Shown here in pieces: positions 28,919 to 39,275 of a stretch of DNA of 64,000 bases. The notes beneath the pieces are model-generated. The model did no database searches. It saw only the letters and a list, made by a program, of their open reading frames with translations, and was not told the DNA's origin. The translations under genes and the position numbers were made by a program. The DNA comes from an uncultured Bacteroidales bacterium (GTDB lineage: Bacteria; Bacteroidota; Bacteroidia; Bacteroidales; UBA10428). Every line of letters starts with the position of its first letter. Positions within the stretch are counted from its first letter, which is position 1. The DNA lies in the NCBI GenBank assembly GCA_963752195.1, contig CAVVXI010000004.1:87979-151978 (forward strand). The letters run 5' to 3'.

Positions 28919-30289
28919 TTGAATCCCGAGACAAACATAATTGTTCCAGCAGGCAGCCATATCGCAGTTTTTGTGATCCTGGCCGTTCTGATTCTTTGCA
29001 TGGTGGCATATGGGTTATATTACCTGTTTTATATTCACCGTAAAGAAAAAATCAGAACCGAAGCGCTCATCAGGGAATCCATCCTTCAGGAACGGAACCA
29101 GCTGAGAACGCTGATCGACAGCATGCCCGATGTAATTTTCATCAAGGACAGGCAAAGCCGTTTTGTTGTGGTGAATAAAATGGTTGCCGGTGTGATGGGC
29201 ACTAAACCCGAAGCCCTTATCGGCAAAACTGATTTTGAGTTTTACACTCCTGACCTGGCCCAGCGATATTTTGACGATGAGCAGGCCATCATGGAAGCAG
29301 GAGAGGCGAAGATCAATTACGAAGAACCTCACCTGGATGAACAGGGCAACCGGATCATTCTTTCCACTTCCAAGGTTCCTCTTAAAAACAGCAACGGGGA
29401 GGTAATGGGTATTGTGGGCGTGGGACGGGATATCACGCGGCTGAAGCGAATTGAGATACAACTCCGGAAAAAAACGGAAGATCTCCAGGAAACAAACCGA
29501 TTGCTTGAGGAAAGGCAGAAAGAGATCATCCGGCAATCCGAAGAACTGGCTGCCCAGGCACAATATCTCACCATTTCAAATACAGAACTTGACCGGCTGA
29601 ACAAAACAAAGGATAAATTCTTTTCCATAATCGCCCATGACCTGCGGAACCCGTTCAACGCTATCATGGGTTTTTCAGGAATGCTATTCCATGATTTCAG
29701 CGACATGGACGATAAGCAGAAGCTCGGTCTGCTTGAATTGATCAATTTGTCCTCGGAATCCGCTTTCAACCTTTTGGATAACCTGTTGCAGTGGGCTCGT
29801 ACCCAAACCGACAAAATCAAGTACAATCCCGAATATTTCGATTTATCCGAAGTGGTAAAACAGGTTATTGACCTGCATTGCATTATCGCAGAAAAAAAAC
29901 GGATAACCATCGAAAGCACAATTCCAATATCCACCCGGGTATTTGCCGATCGCAATATGATACACACCGTAATACGGAATCTCATCAGCAATGCGATAAA
30001 ATTCTCGCACAAGGAAGGCAGGGTATTCCTTTCATCCTTTGAGAACGGACAAATGACGGAAGTGGTGATCCGGGATGAAGGAACCGGAATGACCCGGGAA
30101 AATCTCGGTATGCTTTTTCGGATCGATACCTATTATTCCACTTCGGGTACATCGGGTGAATCCGGTACGGGCCTGGGCCTGATCATTTGTAAAGAGTTTG
30201 TGGAAAAGAACAACGGTCGTATCCGCGCTACCAGCAAGGAAGGACAGGGGACTGCCATTAGTTTTACGTTGATGAGGAAAGGGGCTTAG
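28919..30289 (+). CDS. PAS-domain sensor histidine kinase
   Basis: One TM, PAS/PAC, H-box IIAHDLRNPF, N-box NLISNAIKF, G-boxes DEGTGM and GTGLGL; TTG start is uncertain. Confidence 0.9.
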   Translation: MNPETNIIVPAGSHIAVFVILAVLILCMVAYGLYYLFYIHRKEKIRTEALIRESILQERNQLRTLIDSMPDVIFIKDRQSRFVVVNKMVAGVMGTKPEALIGKTDFEFYTPDLAQRYFDDEQAIMEAGEAKINYEEPHLDEQGNRIILSTSKVPLKNSNGEVMGIVGVGRDITRLKRIEIQLRKKTEDLQETNRLLEERQKEIIRQSEELAAQAQYLTISNTELDRLNKTKDKFFSIIAHDLRNPFNAIMGFSGMLFHDFSDMDDKQKLGLLELINLSSESAFNLLDNLLQWARTQTDKIKYNPEYFDLSEVVKQVIDLHCIIAEKKRITIESTIPISTRVFADRNMIHTVIRNLISNAIKFSHKEGRVFLSSFENGQMTEVVIRDEGTGMTRENLGMLFRIDTYYSTSGTSGESGTGLGLIICKEFVEKNNGRIRATSKEGQGTAISFTLMRKGA

Positions 30290-30502
30290 GGGCCTAGGGG
30301 CTTAGGGGTTTAGGGGCAGTGGGCTGTAGGCTGTTAGGCTGTAGGCTGTTAGGCTGTAGGCTGTTAGGCTATAGGCAGTAAAAGAACAAACGAAAGTGAC
30401 GGTGTCCCCGAACTGCAAAACTGCAAAACTGCAAAACTGCAAAACTGCAAAACTGCAGAACTGCAAAACTGCAAAACTGCAAAACTGCAAAACTGCAAAA
30501 CT
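30282..30502. repeat. Composite tandem arrays between convergent genes
   Basis: GGGCTTAG-type octamer x5 (30282-30321, first unit holds the kinase stop), GGCTGTAGGCTGTTA x3 (30322-30366), AACTGCAA x11 (30411-30498, one variant unit). Confidence 0.95.
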
Positions 30503-30504
30503 AT

Positions 30505-31386
30505 CTAATATTCCGCCCGGAACAAGGCCTGTGCAGCAAACGGCGATCCCTCACAGGAAACATATACCGAACCGTTGCCGGAATAAGCAATTCCCTCTGT
30601 CTGAAAACCCGCAAAATCAGGAAAACTAATTCTCCGGACGTCGGCAAAGGAAAAATTGCCGAAGCCAAAATCTGGAACGACGGATATAAAGGGTGTAAAA
30701 TTTTCGTATCCCAATAAAAGCAATTCATTTTTGGTTTTTGACCAGGCTGCTGATGTGACAAGTCCTGAAATATTATACTGTTTCCTGAATTTGGCGGTAT
30801 AATTTCCGGCTTTTGCAGGCAGAGTATACAGGCTCGTTTCGTTGGTTTGCCAGTTCTTTGTGAACAGGATCACTGAGTCCTCCGCCACAACAAAGGCTTC
30901 GCAATCCCACGGTGTGGAATAATTCGCTGCAGTACTGAAATCTGTCTGGTCTTCATAGGAATAGTTTATAATTCCGGCTACAGGAATTGTATCGGCAGCG
31001 GGTAACAAATCCGATTTGTTCAATATATAAATCCTCAGGTCTTTCCTGTCTCCCAGGTTATTTCCGAAGTCGCCGATATACAAATGGCTGTCATCCTGGG
31101 TAATGTCTTCCCAGTCGGTATTTATGGCCGACCGGATCATCACTTTATGAAGGACACCGGTATCTTTTGGACTGAATCCGTAAATAGCCGCTTCATTGCC
31201 GCCATCGTTTATGTTCCATAACAAGTCGTTGAATTCGGTCATTCCGGAATTTTCCTTTAAAACTTCCGAAAACTCGCATATCCTCAATAACCGGGGTGTT
31301 TTTACCGGATCCTCAGTATGGCTGCATGTAACGAGTGCCAATGCCAACCAGGTGAGGGAAGCTGATTTTAAGGATCCGGCTATCAT
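30505..31386 (-). CDS. Putative beta-propeller lipoprotein
   Basis: Hydrophobic leader plus Cys (LVTC), ENSG..WNINDGG, DWEDI, LYIGDFGNN, DCEA, QTEGI motifs; start uncertain. Confidence 0.7.
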   Translation of the reverse strand: MIAGSLKSASLTWLALALVTCSHTEDPVKTPRLLRICEFSEVLKENSGMTEFNDLLWNINDGGNEAAIYGFSPKDTGVLHKVMIRSAINTDWEDITQDDSHLYIGDFGNNLGDRKDLRIYILNKSDLLPAADTIPVAGIINYSYEDQTDFSTAANYSTPWDCEAFVVAEDSVILFTKNWQTNETSLYTLPAKAGNYTAKFRKQYNISGLVTSAAWSKTKNELLLLGYENFTPFISVVPDFGFGNFSFADVRRISFPDFAGFQTEGIAYSGNGSVYVSCEGSPFAAQALFRAEY

Positions 31387-31393
31387 TTTATCG

Positions 31394-32482
31394 TTAATTG
31401 TGCGCGAAGCCAAAGAGCTTCATCATTTTCTCAAACAAGTCTGTATTTTCCTGTACACCCTGGAATAATTCCGCTCCCGGTCCATATGCGAAAACCGGCA
31501 CCATCACGCCGGTATGATCCGTAGTATTAAATTTGGCAACCACCGTTCCCTGCTTAAGATCTCCTTCAACCAGGCTCATACCGCCGGTTTCATGGTCAGC
31601 AGTTATAATCACCAGCGTATGACCCTCTTTCTTTGCAAAATCCAACGCTTTTCCAACGGCCGTATCGAAATCAATCATTTCTTTCACAACATAATCGGCG
31701 TTGTTTGCGTGTCCGCCCCAGTCTATCTGCGATCCTTCGACCATAAGAAAAAATCCTTTCTTATTTTTGGTCAGGATGTTCAGAGCAGTTTGGGTACTGG
31801 CTGGCAACATATCGCCCCTGCCGGCGCTGATGGCAGGATTATGCTCTTTTGCCGTTAGTCCGGCAAGTTTACCGCTTGTTATCTTTTTTATACTGTCCAT
31901 TGAAAATACTACCTGGTATCCTTTCTGGCGTAATTCCTCCAATAAATCTTTCTTATCCTTACGTACGTAAAAATGATTTATACCGCCACCAATAAATACG
32001 TCAATATCCGTTTTTAGAAAATCCGCGGCAATCGCCTCATAATTATCCCTGCTTGCCTGGTGTGCTATAAAGGAAGCCGGTGTTGCATGGGTTATGGCAC
32101 TGGTTGATACCAGTCCGGTTGCCAGTCCCTTCTCCTCTGCATATTCAAGAATGGTTTTTGCAACTGCAGTGTCCTTATCCACACCGATTGCCCCGTTATA
32201 CGTCTTATGACCGGTGGAAATGGCTGTTGCACCTGCCCCCGAATCGGTTATGTAATCTGAAGCGGAGTACGTTTTGCTGAAGCCGATGCTATTGCATCGG
32301 AACAGGTTAAGCTGTCCTTTGTTGGCTGTATAACCCGAATATACCTGGGTTACTCCCATGCCATCCCCAATCAGGAGGATAATGTTGGTTGGTTTTTCAT
32401 TCTTTTTCTGTGCGTTAACCGGAATTGCGAATAATAACAACAGCAGATAAACGGGCAAGCTTTTTGACATAATGTGGTTCAT
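31394..32482 (-). CDS. Alkaline phosphatase (PhoA family)
   Basis: NIILLIGDGMG, TDSGAGATA, THATPA, MVEGSQIDWGGH, TADHETGG; start could be 32470. Confidence 0.93.
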   Translation of the reverse strand: MNHIMSKSLPVYLLLLLFAIPVNAQKKNEKPTNIILLIGDGMGVTQVYSGYTANKGQLNLFRCNSIGFSKTYSASDYITDSGAGATAISTGHKTYNGAIGVDKDTAVAKTILEYAEEKGLATGLVSTSAITHATPASFIAHQASRDNYEAIAADFLKTDIDVFIGGGINHFYVRKDKKDLLEELRQKGYQVVFSMDSIKKITSGKLAGLTAKEHNPAISAGRGDMLPASTQTALNILTKNKKGFFLMVEGSQIDWGGHANNADYVVKEMIDFDTAVGKALDFAKKEGHTLVIITADHETGGMSLVEGDLKQGTVVAKFNTTDHTGVMVPVFAYGPGAELFQGVQENTDLFEKMMKLFGFAHN

Positions 32483-32549
32483 GTTAGATTTCAAATAAAA
32501 TAGATAATAAAATTCATAGTTTTACGAACTCAAATAGTCCGGATTTGAT

Positions 32550-32581
32550 TTTGCGGGATAAAATTAGGATTTATATTTTTG
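32550..32581 (+). promoter_or_regulatory. Canonical Bacteroidota -33/-7 promoter for rubredoxin
   Basis: TTTG (32550-32553), 20-nt spacer, TATTTTTG (32574-32581). Confidence 0.7.
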
Positions 32582-32603
32582 CTTTCCAGATAAATTAATC
32601 AAA

Positions 32604-32765
32604 ATGAAAAAATACAAATGCACCGTTTGCGGATTTATATATGACCCGGTTGAAGGGGATCCTGATGGGGGAATAGCACCCGGGACCCCGTTTGAGGACA
32701 TACCGGATGATTGGGTATGTCCTGTTTGTGGCGTTTCGAAAGCCGATTTTGAACCTGCTGAATAA
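32604..32765 (+). CDS. Rubredoxin (53 aa, absent from the ORF track)
   Basis: [53 protein letters not shown], with two CxxCG knuckles. Confidence 0.97.
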   Translation: MKKYKCTVCGFIYDPVEGDPDGGIAPGTPFEDIPDDWVCPVCGVSKADFEPAE

Positions 32766-32784
32766 CACCCGTCTTTTATTACGA

Positions 32785-34245
32785 TCAGGCTGCAGGAATG
32801 TTTTTAAGTACATCCAGCAGAAGCAGCCAGAATTTCTCCGTGGTTTTTATATTTATCTTTTCCGAAGGTGAATGCGGATCAAGGATCGTAGGGCCAAAAG
32901 AGATCATGTCAAGCCATGGATATTTCTCCAGGAAGAGGCCACATTCGAGCCCTGCATGGATGGCTTTAACCGCAGGATCAACCCCAAACAATTTCTTATA
33001 GCTGGCGACCGTAATGTTCAAAATGGCTGAGTCGGGATTCGGATTCCAGCCCGGGTAACCTTCCGTTTGTTCCACCAACGCTCCTGCCAGCTTAAATGTG
33101 CTCCTGACAGTATTTCCTATCTGTATCTTGGCTGAATTTACCGAACTTCTCTGGCTGGTTGAGATTACTATGCGATCCGTATCTTCGAATTTAATTGAAG
33201 CCAGGTTGGTAGAAGTTTCTACAATGTCATCCATTACCCTGCTCCAGGATATCACGCCATGGGGACAGGCAAACAGGGAATTCAGCAATTTTTCCTGTAT
33301 TTTTTTCTTGAGCACAACTTCGGGTAGGGGAACAGGGATCAAATTGATCAGCAATCCCGGCTCATCCGAAATATATTCCGGTAAATGACCGCGTGTATAA
33401 TTCCTGAAATAGTCCATAAATACTTCCTTATGGGTATCGGGTATTACAACAACCGCATACGCTTCGCGGGGAATGGCATTTCTCAGGTTTCCTCCTTCAA
33501 ATATCGACAACCGGGCATTGAAGCGGTTTCGGATCTCCCATAGAAACTGGTTCAGGATCTTTATCGAATTTCCCCTGTTTTTGTGAATATCCGTTCCTGA
33601 ATGTCCTCCCTGCAACCCGGTGACATCAATCCGGAATGCGGAAGATTTTTCCGGTGTGCGGCGCGTATTGTATTTGAGGGTTACCACGGTATTCATTCCT
33701 CCGGCACAACCGATAAAAAGTTCACCTTCGTCTTCAGAATCCAGGTTCAACAGGATCCGTGATTTGATGAAATTGCTTTCCAGTCCCTTGGCACCATTCA
33801 ACCCGGTTTCCTCATCAATTGTGAAAAGACACTCAAGAGGGCCATGTTTAAGGTTGGGATCGGCAAGCAAAGCCAGTTGCGCGGCCACACCAATACCGTT
33901 ATCTGCACCGAGCGTGGTTTCTTCCGCTTTTACCCAGTCCCCATCCACATATGCCTTAATCGGATCGGTTTCAAAATTATGCAGGCTGTTGCTGTTCTTC
34001 TCGCAAACCATGTCGAGATGACTTTGCAAACATACCGGTTGCCTGTTTTCATAACCCTGTGCAGCCGGTTTACGAATAAGGACATTGCCGGTTGCATCTT
34101 TTTCAAAATTCAGCTTATGGCTTTCAGCAAATTCGGTTACAAAGGCGATCATTTTTTCTTCCTGTCTGGAAGGTCTCGGTATCCTGGTGATCTCTTCAAA
34201 ATACTTCCAAACGCCGGAGGGCTTCAAATTTCCAAGCTGTGTCAT
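32785..34245 (-). CDS. pepD: Aminoacyl-histidine dipeptidase (M20C)
   Basis: LQSHLDMVCEK, TTLGADNGIG, DEETGL, NLDSE, GGHSG, IHAGLECG. Confidence 0.95.
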   Translation of the reverse strand: MTQLGNLKPSGVWKYFEEITRIPRPSRQEEKMIAFVTEFAESHKLNFEKDATGNVLIRKPAAQGYENRQPVCLQSHLDMVCEKNSNSLHNFETDPIKAYVDGDWVKAEETTLGADNGIGVAAQLALLADPNLKHGPLECLFTIDEETGLNGAKGLESNFIKSRILLNLDSEDEGELFIGCAGGMNTVVTLKYNTRRTPEKSSAFRIDVTGLQGGHSGTDIHKNRGNSIKILNQFLWEIRNRFNARLSIFEGGNLRNAIPREAYAVVVIPDTHKEVFMDYFRNYTRGHLPEYISDEPGLLINLIPVPLPEVVLKKKIQEKLLNSLFACPHGVISWSRVMDDIVETSTNLASIKFEDTDRIVISTSQRSSVNSAKIQIGNTVRSTFKLAGALVEQTEGYPGWNPNPDSAILNITVASYKKLFGVDPAVKAIHAGLECGLFLEKYPWLDMISFGPTILDPHSPSEKINIKTTEKFWLLLLDVLKNIPAA

Positions 34246-34403
34246 ATCAAAAGGGGATTAAGGATTTTAATCTATTAATCAAATATAATGCTTATTAATT
34301 AACACATGAACAAACTCCAGGTTCCCAATATTCTTTAAATTTTATACTTTCGCATGGAATTTACGGTCATAGATGCATTTTTCCAAAATAGTCCCTTACG
34401 GTT

Positions 34404-36182
34404 ATGATCAATTTTGACCTGGTATTGGTATTTGTTGTTCTGTTGTTTATTCTTATTTCTCTATATAGGAATCTTCTTGGTATCGCTTTTACTTTTCTTA
34501 TTGGTGTTGTCACCCTCGGCATTTTCGGTATTCTCACTCCCACAGAAATAATAAGTGGCTTTGGAAATGAACAGGTTGCCGTAGTGATCCTGATGCTTGT
34601 TTTCAGTGATGTATTAAGAAAGACCAATATCATTGAGAACACGTTTGACCGGATTTTTCGGCAAACAAAAACATATCGCGGTTTTATCGGAAAAATGGCA
34701 ATTACCGCTTCGGCCTTTTCCATGTTTCTGAACAATACTCCCCTGGTGGCCGTTATGATGCCTTATATTCACAACTGGTCAAAGAGGAATAATTTTTCCC
34801 CTTCCAAATTTCTTATACCTCTATCGTATGCGGCAATCCTGGGAGGTTCTGCCACGCTGATCGGCACATCCACCAATCTCATCGTGAACAGCATGATCAT
34901 CAACCAGAAGGTTATTCCCGGCTTGCATTCCCTTGGAATGTTTGAGTTTGCCTGGGTTGGGATTCCCATGATGATTATCGGATGGATTTACCTCGTATTG
35001 TTCGGAAATCTTCTTCTTCCTTCAAAATCGGGCATTGATGAGAGCTTCACAATCCATGCCCGTGAATACGTCATTGAGGCCAAGGTAAGCTCTAAATCAC
35101 ATCTCATAGGGAAAACGATAGGGGAGAGCGGGTTGCAGGACATTCAGGGACTGGAAATGGTGGCGATCATCCGAAAATCGTTCCGGATTACAGCTGTGCC
35201 CGCGGATGTGGTGCTCGACAAAGGGGATGTTCTCGTCTTTACCGGCGATACAAAAAACATCGCTGAGCTGATCACCACGAATTCAGGATTGGTGTTGCCC
35301 GAGGTCGGAATGCTTACCCGTGTTAAACGGGCCGACGTGAACGAGGTAGTGGTTTCCCAAAATTCAAGCCTCATCAACAAATCTGTCCGCGACAGTAATT
35401 TCAGGGGAAAATACGATACGGCCATTATCGCTGTTCATCGAAACGGGGAAAAAATCGAGGATAAACTGGGCAATGTCATTCTGAAATCAGGGGATGTACT
35501 TCTCCTTTTCGCCGGCGAAAATTTCGTCAGCCGCACAAGGGATACGCATGATTTTTATTTCATTTCCAAAGTTTCTGAATTTGTGAAGCTGGAATGGTAT
35601 AAATCCCTTACCCTGATACTCGGAACCATACTTGTCATTACGCTGTCGGTTTTTAATATTATTTCATTGTTTATGGGATTGATCATCATGATCCTCATTG
35701 CTATGATTTTTAAGGTTACCACGCCAAGGGATCTCCCTGCGCTGATTGATTATAACCTCGCCCTTGTGATTGTATTGTCGCTTTCCCTGGGCACAGCCAT
35801 GATGAAATCGGGAGCGGCCGGAATTGTGGCAAACGGTGTTATAACCGCATTCCTTCCCATGGGTAAATTGGGAGTCCTTTTTGGTATATATCTCATAACG
35901 GCAGTGCTTGCAGCTTATATTACTACCAAGGCTGCTGTGGCCATCGTATTTCCAATTGCTTTAAGTGTTGCCCAACAGCTCGATGTGACAGCAACGCCTT
36001 TCATCCTTGCCGTTGCATATGCTGCTGCCTGTACCTTTATCACACCGCACGGATATGTGACAAACCTGATGGTTTATGGCCCGGGAGGGTATTCCTTCCG
36101 TGATTTCATGCGCGTGGGATTGCCGCTTAACCTGATCTATATGGTTGTGGCTGTCCTTATCCTGTCAGTGGTTTATTTTTAG
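34404..36182 (+). CDS. SLC13/CitMHS family permease with two TrkA-C domains
   Basis: SMFLNNTPLV, LGGSATLIGTSTNL, TPHGYVTNLMVYGPGGY.F.DF. Confidence 0.9.
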   Translation: MINFDLVLVFVVLLFILISLYRNLLGIAFTFLIGVVTLGIFGILTPTEIISGFGNEQVAVVILMLVFSDVLRKTNIIENTFDRIFRQTKTYRGFIGKMAITASAFSMFLNNTPLVAVMMPYIHNWSKRNNFSPSKFLIPLSYAAILGGSATLIGTSTNLIVNSMIINQKVIPGLHSLGMFEFAWVGIPMMIIGWIYLVLFGNLLLPSKSGIDESFTIHAREYVIEAKVSSKSHLIGKTIGESGLQDIQGLEMVAIIRKSFRITAVPADVVLDKGDVLVFTGDTKNIAELITTNSGLVLPEVGMLTRVKRADVNEVVVSQNSSLINKSVRDSNFRGKYDTAIIAVHRNGEKIEDKLGNVILKSGDVLLLFAGENFVSRTRDTHDFYFISKVSEFVKLEWYKSLTLILGTILVITLSVFNIISLFMGLIIMILIAMIFKVTTPRDLPALIDYNLALVIVLSLSLGTAMMKSGAAGIVANGVITAFLPMGKLGVLFGIYLITAVLAAYITTKAAVAIVFPIALSVAQQLDVTATPFILAVAYAAACTFITPHGYVTNLMVYGPGGYSFRDFMRVGLPLNLIYMVVAVLILSVVYF

Positions 36183-36193
36183 GAATCCTCTTC

Positions 36194-37315
36194 CTATAAG
36201 GTCTTGCTGAAAATACGGAACCGTTTTTTAATTACGCCTCCCATTTTTTCATATTCGGCGCGCATTTTTGTATTGGTCTCAAGCACAAGGTGACTGTCAA
36301 TGAATTCCATTTTCTCCTCCTGAGCTGATTGTAGTATTTTTATGCCGAGGACCACATCCAGTCCGTTATTTCTGTAACTGTCATGAATGGCGCCCAGCAG
36401 CATCGTCAGAAGACGGGATGTTCGTGAAGCTTTCAGAATATGGTAAAAACCAAATGGAAACAGCCGCCCACCGGCTTTGCGAATTCCCTCTGAAATCTCA
36501 GGCATGGCAAGGGCAAAGGCAATAAGTTGATTTTTTTCATCGTATATCACCTTAACAAACTTTGGATTAATAACCGAAATATACCGGTTTGCAAAATAGT
36601 CCATTTCCTTTACTGTAAGTTCGCTAAAGCCATAAATGTGTGCATAGGTTTTGTTTATCAGTTCAAAAACAGGTCGGATGCATTTTTTAAGTTCGCCCCG
36701 GCTGGTGAATTCCTTCAGGCGAAAATGATTGTTTTCGAGGGTCCGGTTATAAATAGCCTTGTAAAAATCGGGTATAACAGGAGGTACCGGGAAAATGTAA
36801 TCCACGCAATCTATCTCCTTGGTATAACCACATCCTTCCGTAAGGCTTATCATATAAGGCATGCTGTAGTTGGTCGCAATCACAACAGGCTGATCGAATC
36901 CTTCAAAAAGAAATCCCTCAGGATCTTTATCCGAAAATCCAAAGGGGCCGATAATTTTTTTCATTCCCTGTTTCCGAAGCCATTCCTCTACAGCAGTTAA
37001 AAGCGCATTGGCCACTTCGGCATCTTCGTAACATTCCAGGGCAAAAAAGCGGCCGCACTCTTCCTTTTGAACCTGGTTGTATTTATGATTGATGATCCCC
37101 ATGATCCGTCCCACCGGTTTCCCGTCTTTTGTTGCCAGGAAAAGTATGGTACTGCAATCCTGGAAAAACCTGTTCTTTTCGGGATCATAAAATTCCCATT
37201 CATCGGAATACATTGGCGGAACCCATCCATGGTGATTTGCATGTATTTTATCCGGGAGGTGTATATATGTGCTTAATTCCGCATGCGAATGAACTTCCTT
37301 GATAGAGACCGCCAT
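36194..37315 (-). CDS. GNAT-fold protein (YghO-like)
   Basis: WVPP, GRIMGIINH, GRFFALEC, GPFGFSDKDPEG, VLETN..M. Confidence 0.75.
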   Translation of the reverse strand: MAVSIKEVHSHAELSTYIHLPDKIHANHHGWVPPMYSDEWEFYDPEKNRFFQDCSTILFLATKDGKPVGRIMGIINHKYNQVQKEECGRFFALECYEDAEVANALLTAVEEWLRKQGMKKIIGPFGFSDKDPEGFLFEGFDQPVVIATNYSMPYMISLTEGCGYTKEIDCVDYIFPVPPVIPDFYKAIYNRTLENNHFRLKEFTSRGELKKCIRPVFELINKTYAHIYGFSELTVKEMDYFANRYISVINPKFVKVIYDEKNQLIAFALAMPEISEGIRKAGGRLFPFGFYHILKASRTSRLLTMLLGAIHDSYRNNGLDVVLGIKILQSAQEEKMEFIDSHLVLETNTKMRAEYEKMGGVIKKRFRIFSKTL

Positions 37316-37382
37316 AGATTTTTTTTTGGGAAAGATAGTCAAAAATCATTCTTGCTGCTACTTGCCGGACCGGAAATGAGGT

Positions 37383-37390
37383 TATCTTTG
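37383..37390 (+). promoter_or_regulatory. -7 promoter element for argS
   Basis: TATCTTTG 17 nt before ATG 37408; TTG at 37362-37364. Confidence 0.6.
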
Positions 37391-37407
37391 TGCCTTTCAA
37401 AAATCAG

Positions 37408-39207
37408 ATGATGCAACTTATTGATAATATTTTAAATAAATCGATCGGGGAATGTATTTTATCGTTGTACGGTCAATCCGCTGCCCCGGGGTTAATTCAA
37501 CTGCAAAAAACAAGACGTGAATTCGAAGGAGATATTACCCTTGTTGTATTTCCGCTGCGCAAAATTTCAAAAAAATCACCGGATTCCACAGCCCTTGAAG
37601 TTGGAACTTATTTACAGGAAAATATTCCTGACATCGTACGTTTCAACGTGGTTAAAGGCTTTTTGAATCTTGTTGTTTCCGATACCTATTACCTGCATTT
37701 TCTGAACCAGGCATCAAAGAAGGAATTATTCGGATTTAAGGCAACCGACTCCAACGAGGCTGCAATAATGGTTGAATATTCTTCACCCAATACAAACAAA
37801 CCATTGCACCTGGGCCATATCCGGAATAACCTGCTTGGATATGCCCTCAGTAAAATCCTGGCTGCCGGGGGAAAAAAAGTCATTATGACCAACATTGTGA
37901 ACGATCGGGGAATTCACATTTGCAAGTCGATGCTCGCATGGCAGAAATGGGGAAATGGAGAAACCCCTGAAGATTCGGGGAAAAAAGGAGACCATCTTGT
38001 AGGTGAATATTATGTAAAATTCGATCAGGAATATAAAAAACAGGTTTCTGCCCTCGTTGACACTGGTATGAAACAGGGAGATGCAGAAAAAAAGGCGGGA
38101 TTGATCGTTGAAGCCCAGGAAATGCTCAGGAAATGGGAGGCAGGGGATGCCGAAGTTATGACATTATGGAAGACAATGAACGAATGGGTCTATAAGGGTT
38201 TTGATGAAACTTACCGAAGACTTGGCGTGCATTTCGACAAGATATACTATGAATCCGAGACCTGGGTATATGGAAAGGAAGTTGTTCTCGAAGGGCTGGC
38301 CAATAACATCCTTGTGCGGCATGAGGATGGTTCCGTTTGGGCTGACATGCGGGACAGGGGATTGGATGAAAAAGTGCTGCTCCGTTCGGATGGCACTTCT
38401 GTTTATATGACACAGGACATTGGGACCGCCAAACTCAGACAAATCGATTATTCCCCCGGTAAGATGGTATATGTGGTGGGGAACGAACAGAACTATCACT
38501 TCAAAGTTCTGGCCATTATTCTTGACATGCTAGGATTTCCATGGGCCAAAACCCTGCATCACCTGTCTTATGGAATGGTGGAATTGCCGGAGGGAAAGAT
38601 GAAATCGCGTGAAGGAACCGTGGTGGATGCGGATGACCTCATGGATGAAATGATCGAAACAGCCCGTGAAATGTCAAAGGAGCTTGGCAAGCTTGAAGGG
38701 CTCGGCGAGATGGAAAAGGAAAATATATTCAGGATAATTGGGATGGGCGCCCTCAAGTATTATATGCTGAAAGTGGACCCTGTAAAGAATATGTTGTTTA
38801 ATCCAAGGGAATCCATTGATTTCGACGGCAACACGGGACCTTTTATCCAATATACATATACCCGGATAAGATCCGTTTTCCGGAAAGCCATTGAATTAAA
38901 TATCTCTGTGCCGGTTTCGGTGGATACAACTTTGCAATTAAACGACAAAGAGAAAAATCTGATCCGGTTGATCCATGAGTTTCCAACAATCATCAGTGAA
39001 TCGGGGAATGCATTCAATCCGTCCTTGATTGCGAACTTCATTTATGACCTTGTAAGAGAGTATAATCAATTCTACCACGAATATTCCATATTGAAGGAGC
39101 AAAATCCCGAGCTGCGCGATCTTCGGCTCTTGTTATCACGAATTGTATCCGATGTGGCAAGAAACGGGATGGAACTCCTCGGCATTGAAATGCCGGAAAG
39201 AATGTAA
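37408..39207 (+). CDS. argS: Arginyl-tRNA synthetase
   Basis: VEYSSPNTNKPLHLGHIRN, KMKSREG, GNTGPFIQY, LGIEMPERM. Confidence 0.97.
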   Translation: MMQLIDNILNKSIGECILSLYGQSAAPGLIQLQKTRREFEGDITLVVFPLRKISKKSPDSTALEVGTYLQENIPDIVRFNVVKGFLNLVVSDTYYLHFLNQASKKELFGFKATDSNEAAIMVEYSSPNTNKPLHLGHIRNNLLGYALSKILAAGGKKVIMTNIVNDRGIHICKSMLAWQKWGNGETPEDSGKKGDHLVGEYYVKFDQEYKKQVSALVDTGMKQGDAEKKAGLIVEAQEMLRKWEAGDAEVMTLWKTMNEWVYKGFDETYRRLGVHFDKIYYESETWVYGKEVVLEGLANNILVRHEDGSVWADMRDRGLDEKVLLRSDGTSVYMTQDIGTAKLRQIDYSPGKMVYVVGNEQNYHFKVLAIILDMLGFPWAKTLHHLSYGMVELPEGKMKSREGTVVDADDLMDEMIETAREMSKELGKLEGLGEMEKENIFRIIGMGALKYYMLKVDPVKNMLFNPRESIDFDGNTGPFIQYTYTRIRSVFRKAIELNISVPVSVDTTLQLNDKEKNLIRLIHEFPTIISESGNAFNPSLIANFIYDLVREYNQFYHEYSILKEQNPELRDLRLLLSRIVSDVARNGMELLGIEMPERM

Positions 39208-39212
39208 TTTTT

Positions 39213-39267
39213 CTAACTTTGAACTTCCAACTTTAACTTCTAACTTTTAGTTTTTAACTTTTAACTG
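39213..39267. repeat. Degenerate heptamer array (YTAACTT, about 8 units) filling the argS-ffh spacer
   Basis: CTAACTT TGAACTT CCAACTT TAACTT CTAACTT TTAGTTT TTAACTT TTAACTG. Confidence 0.75.
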
Positions 39268-39275
39268 AAATCTTC

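Noticed and set aside
30302..30629. ORFs 30302-30490(-) and 30396-30629(+) with periodic peptides (QFCSFAVL, KTAKLQNC)
   Set aside because: Translation by-products of the octamer and 15-mer DNA arrays; non-ATG starts and no coding context
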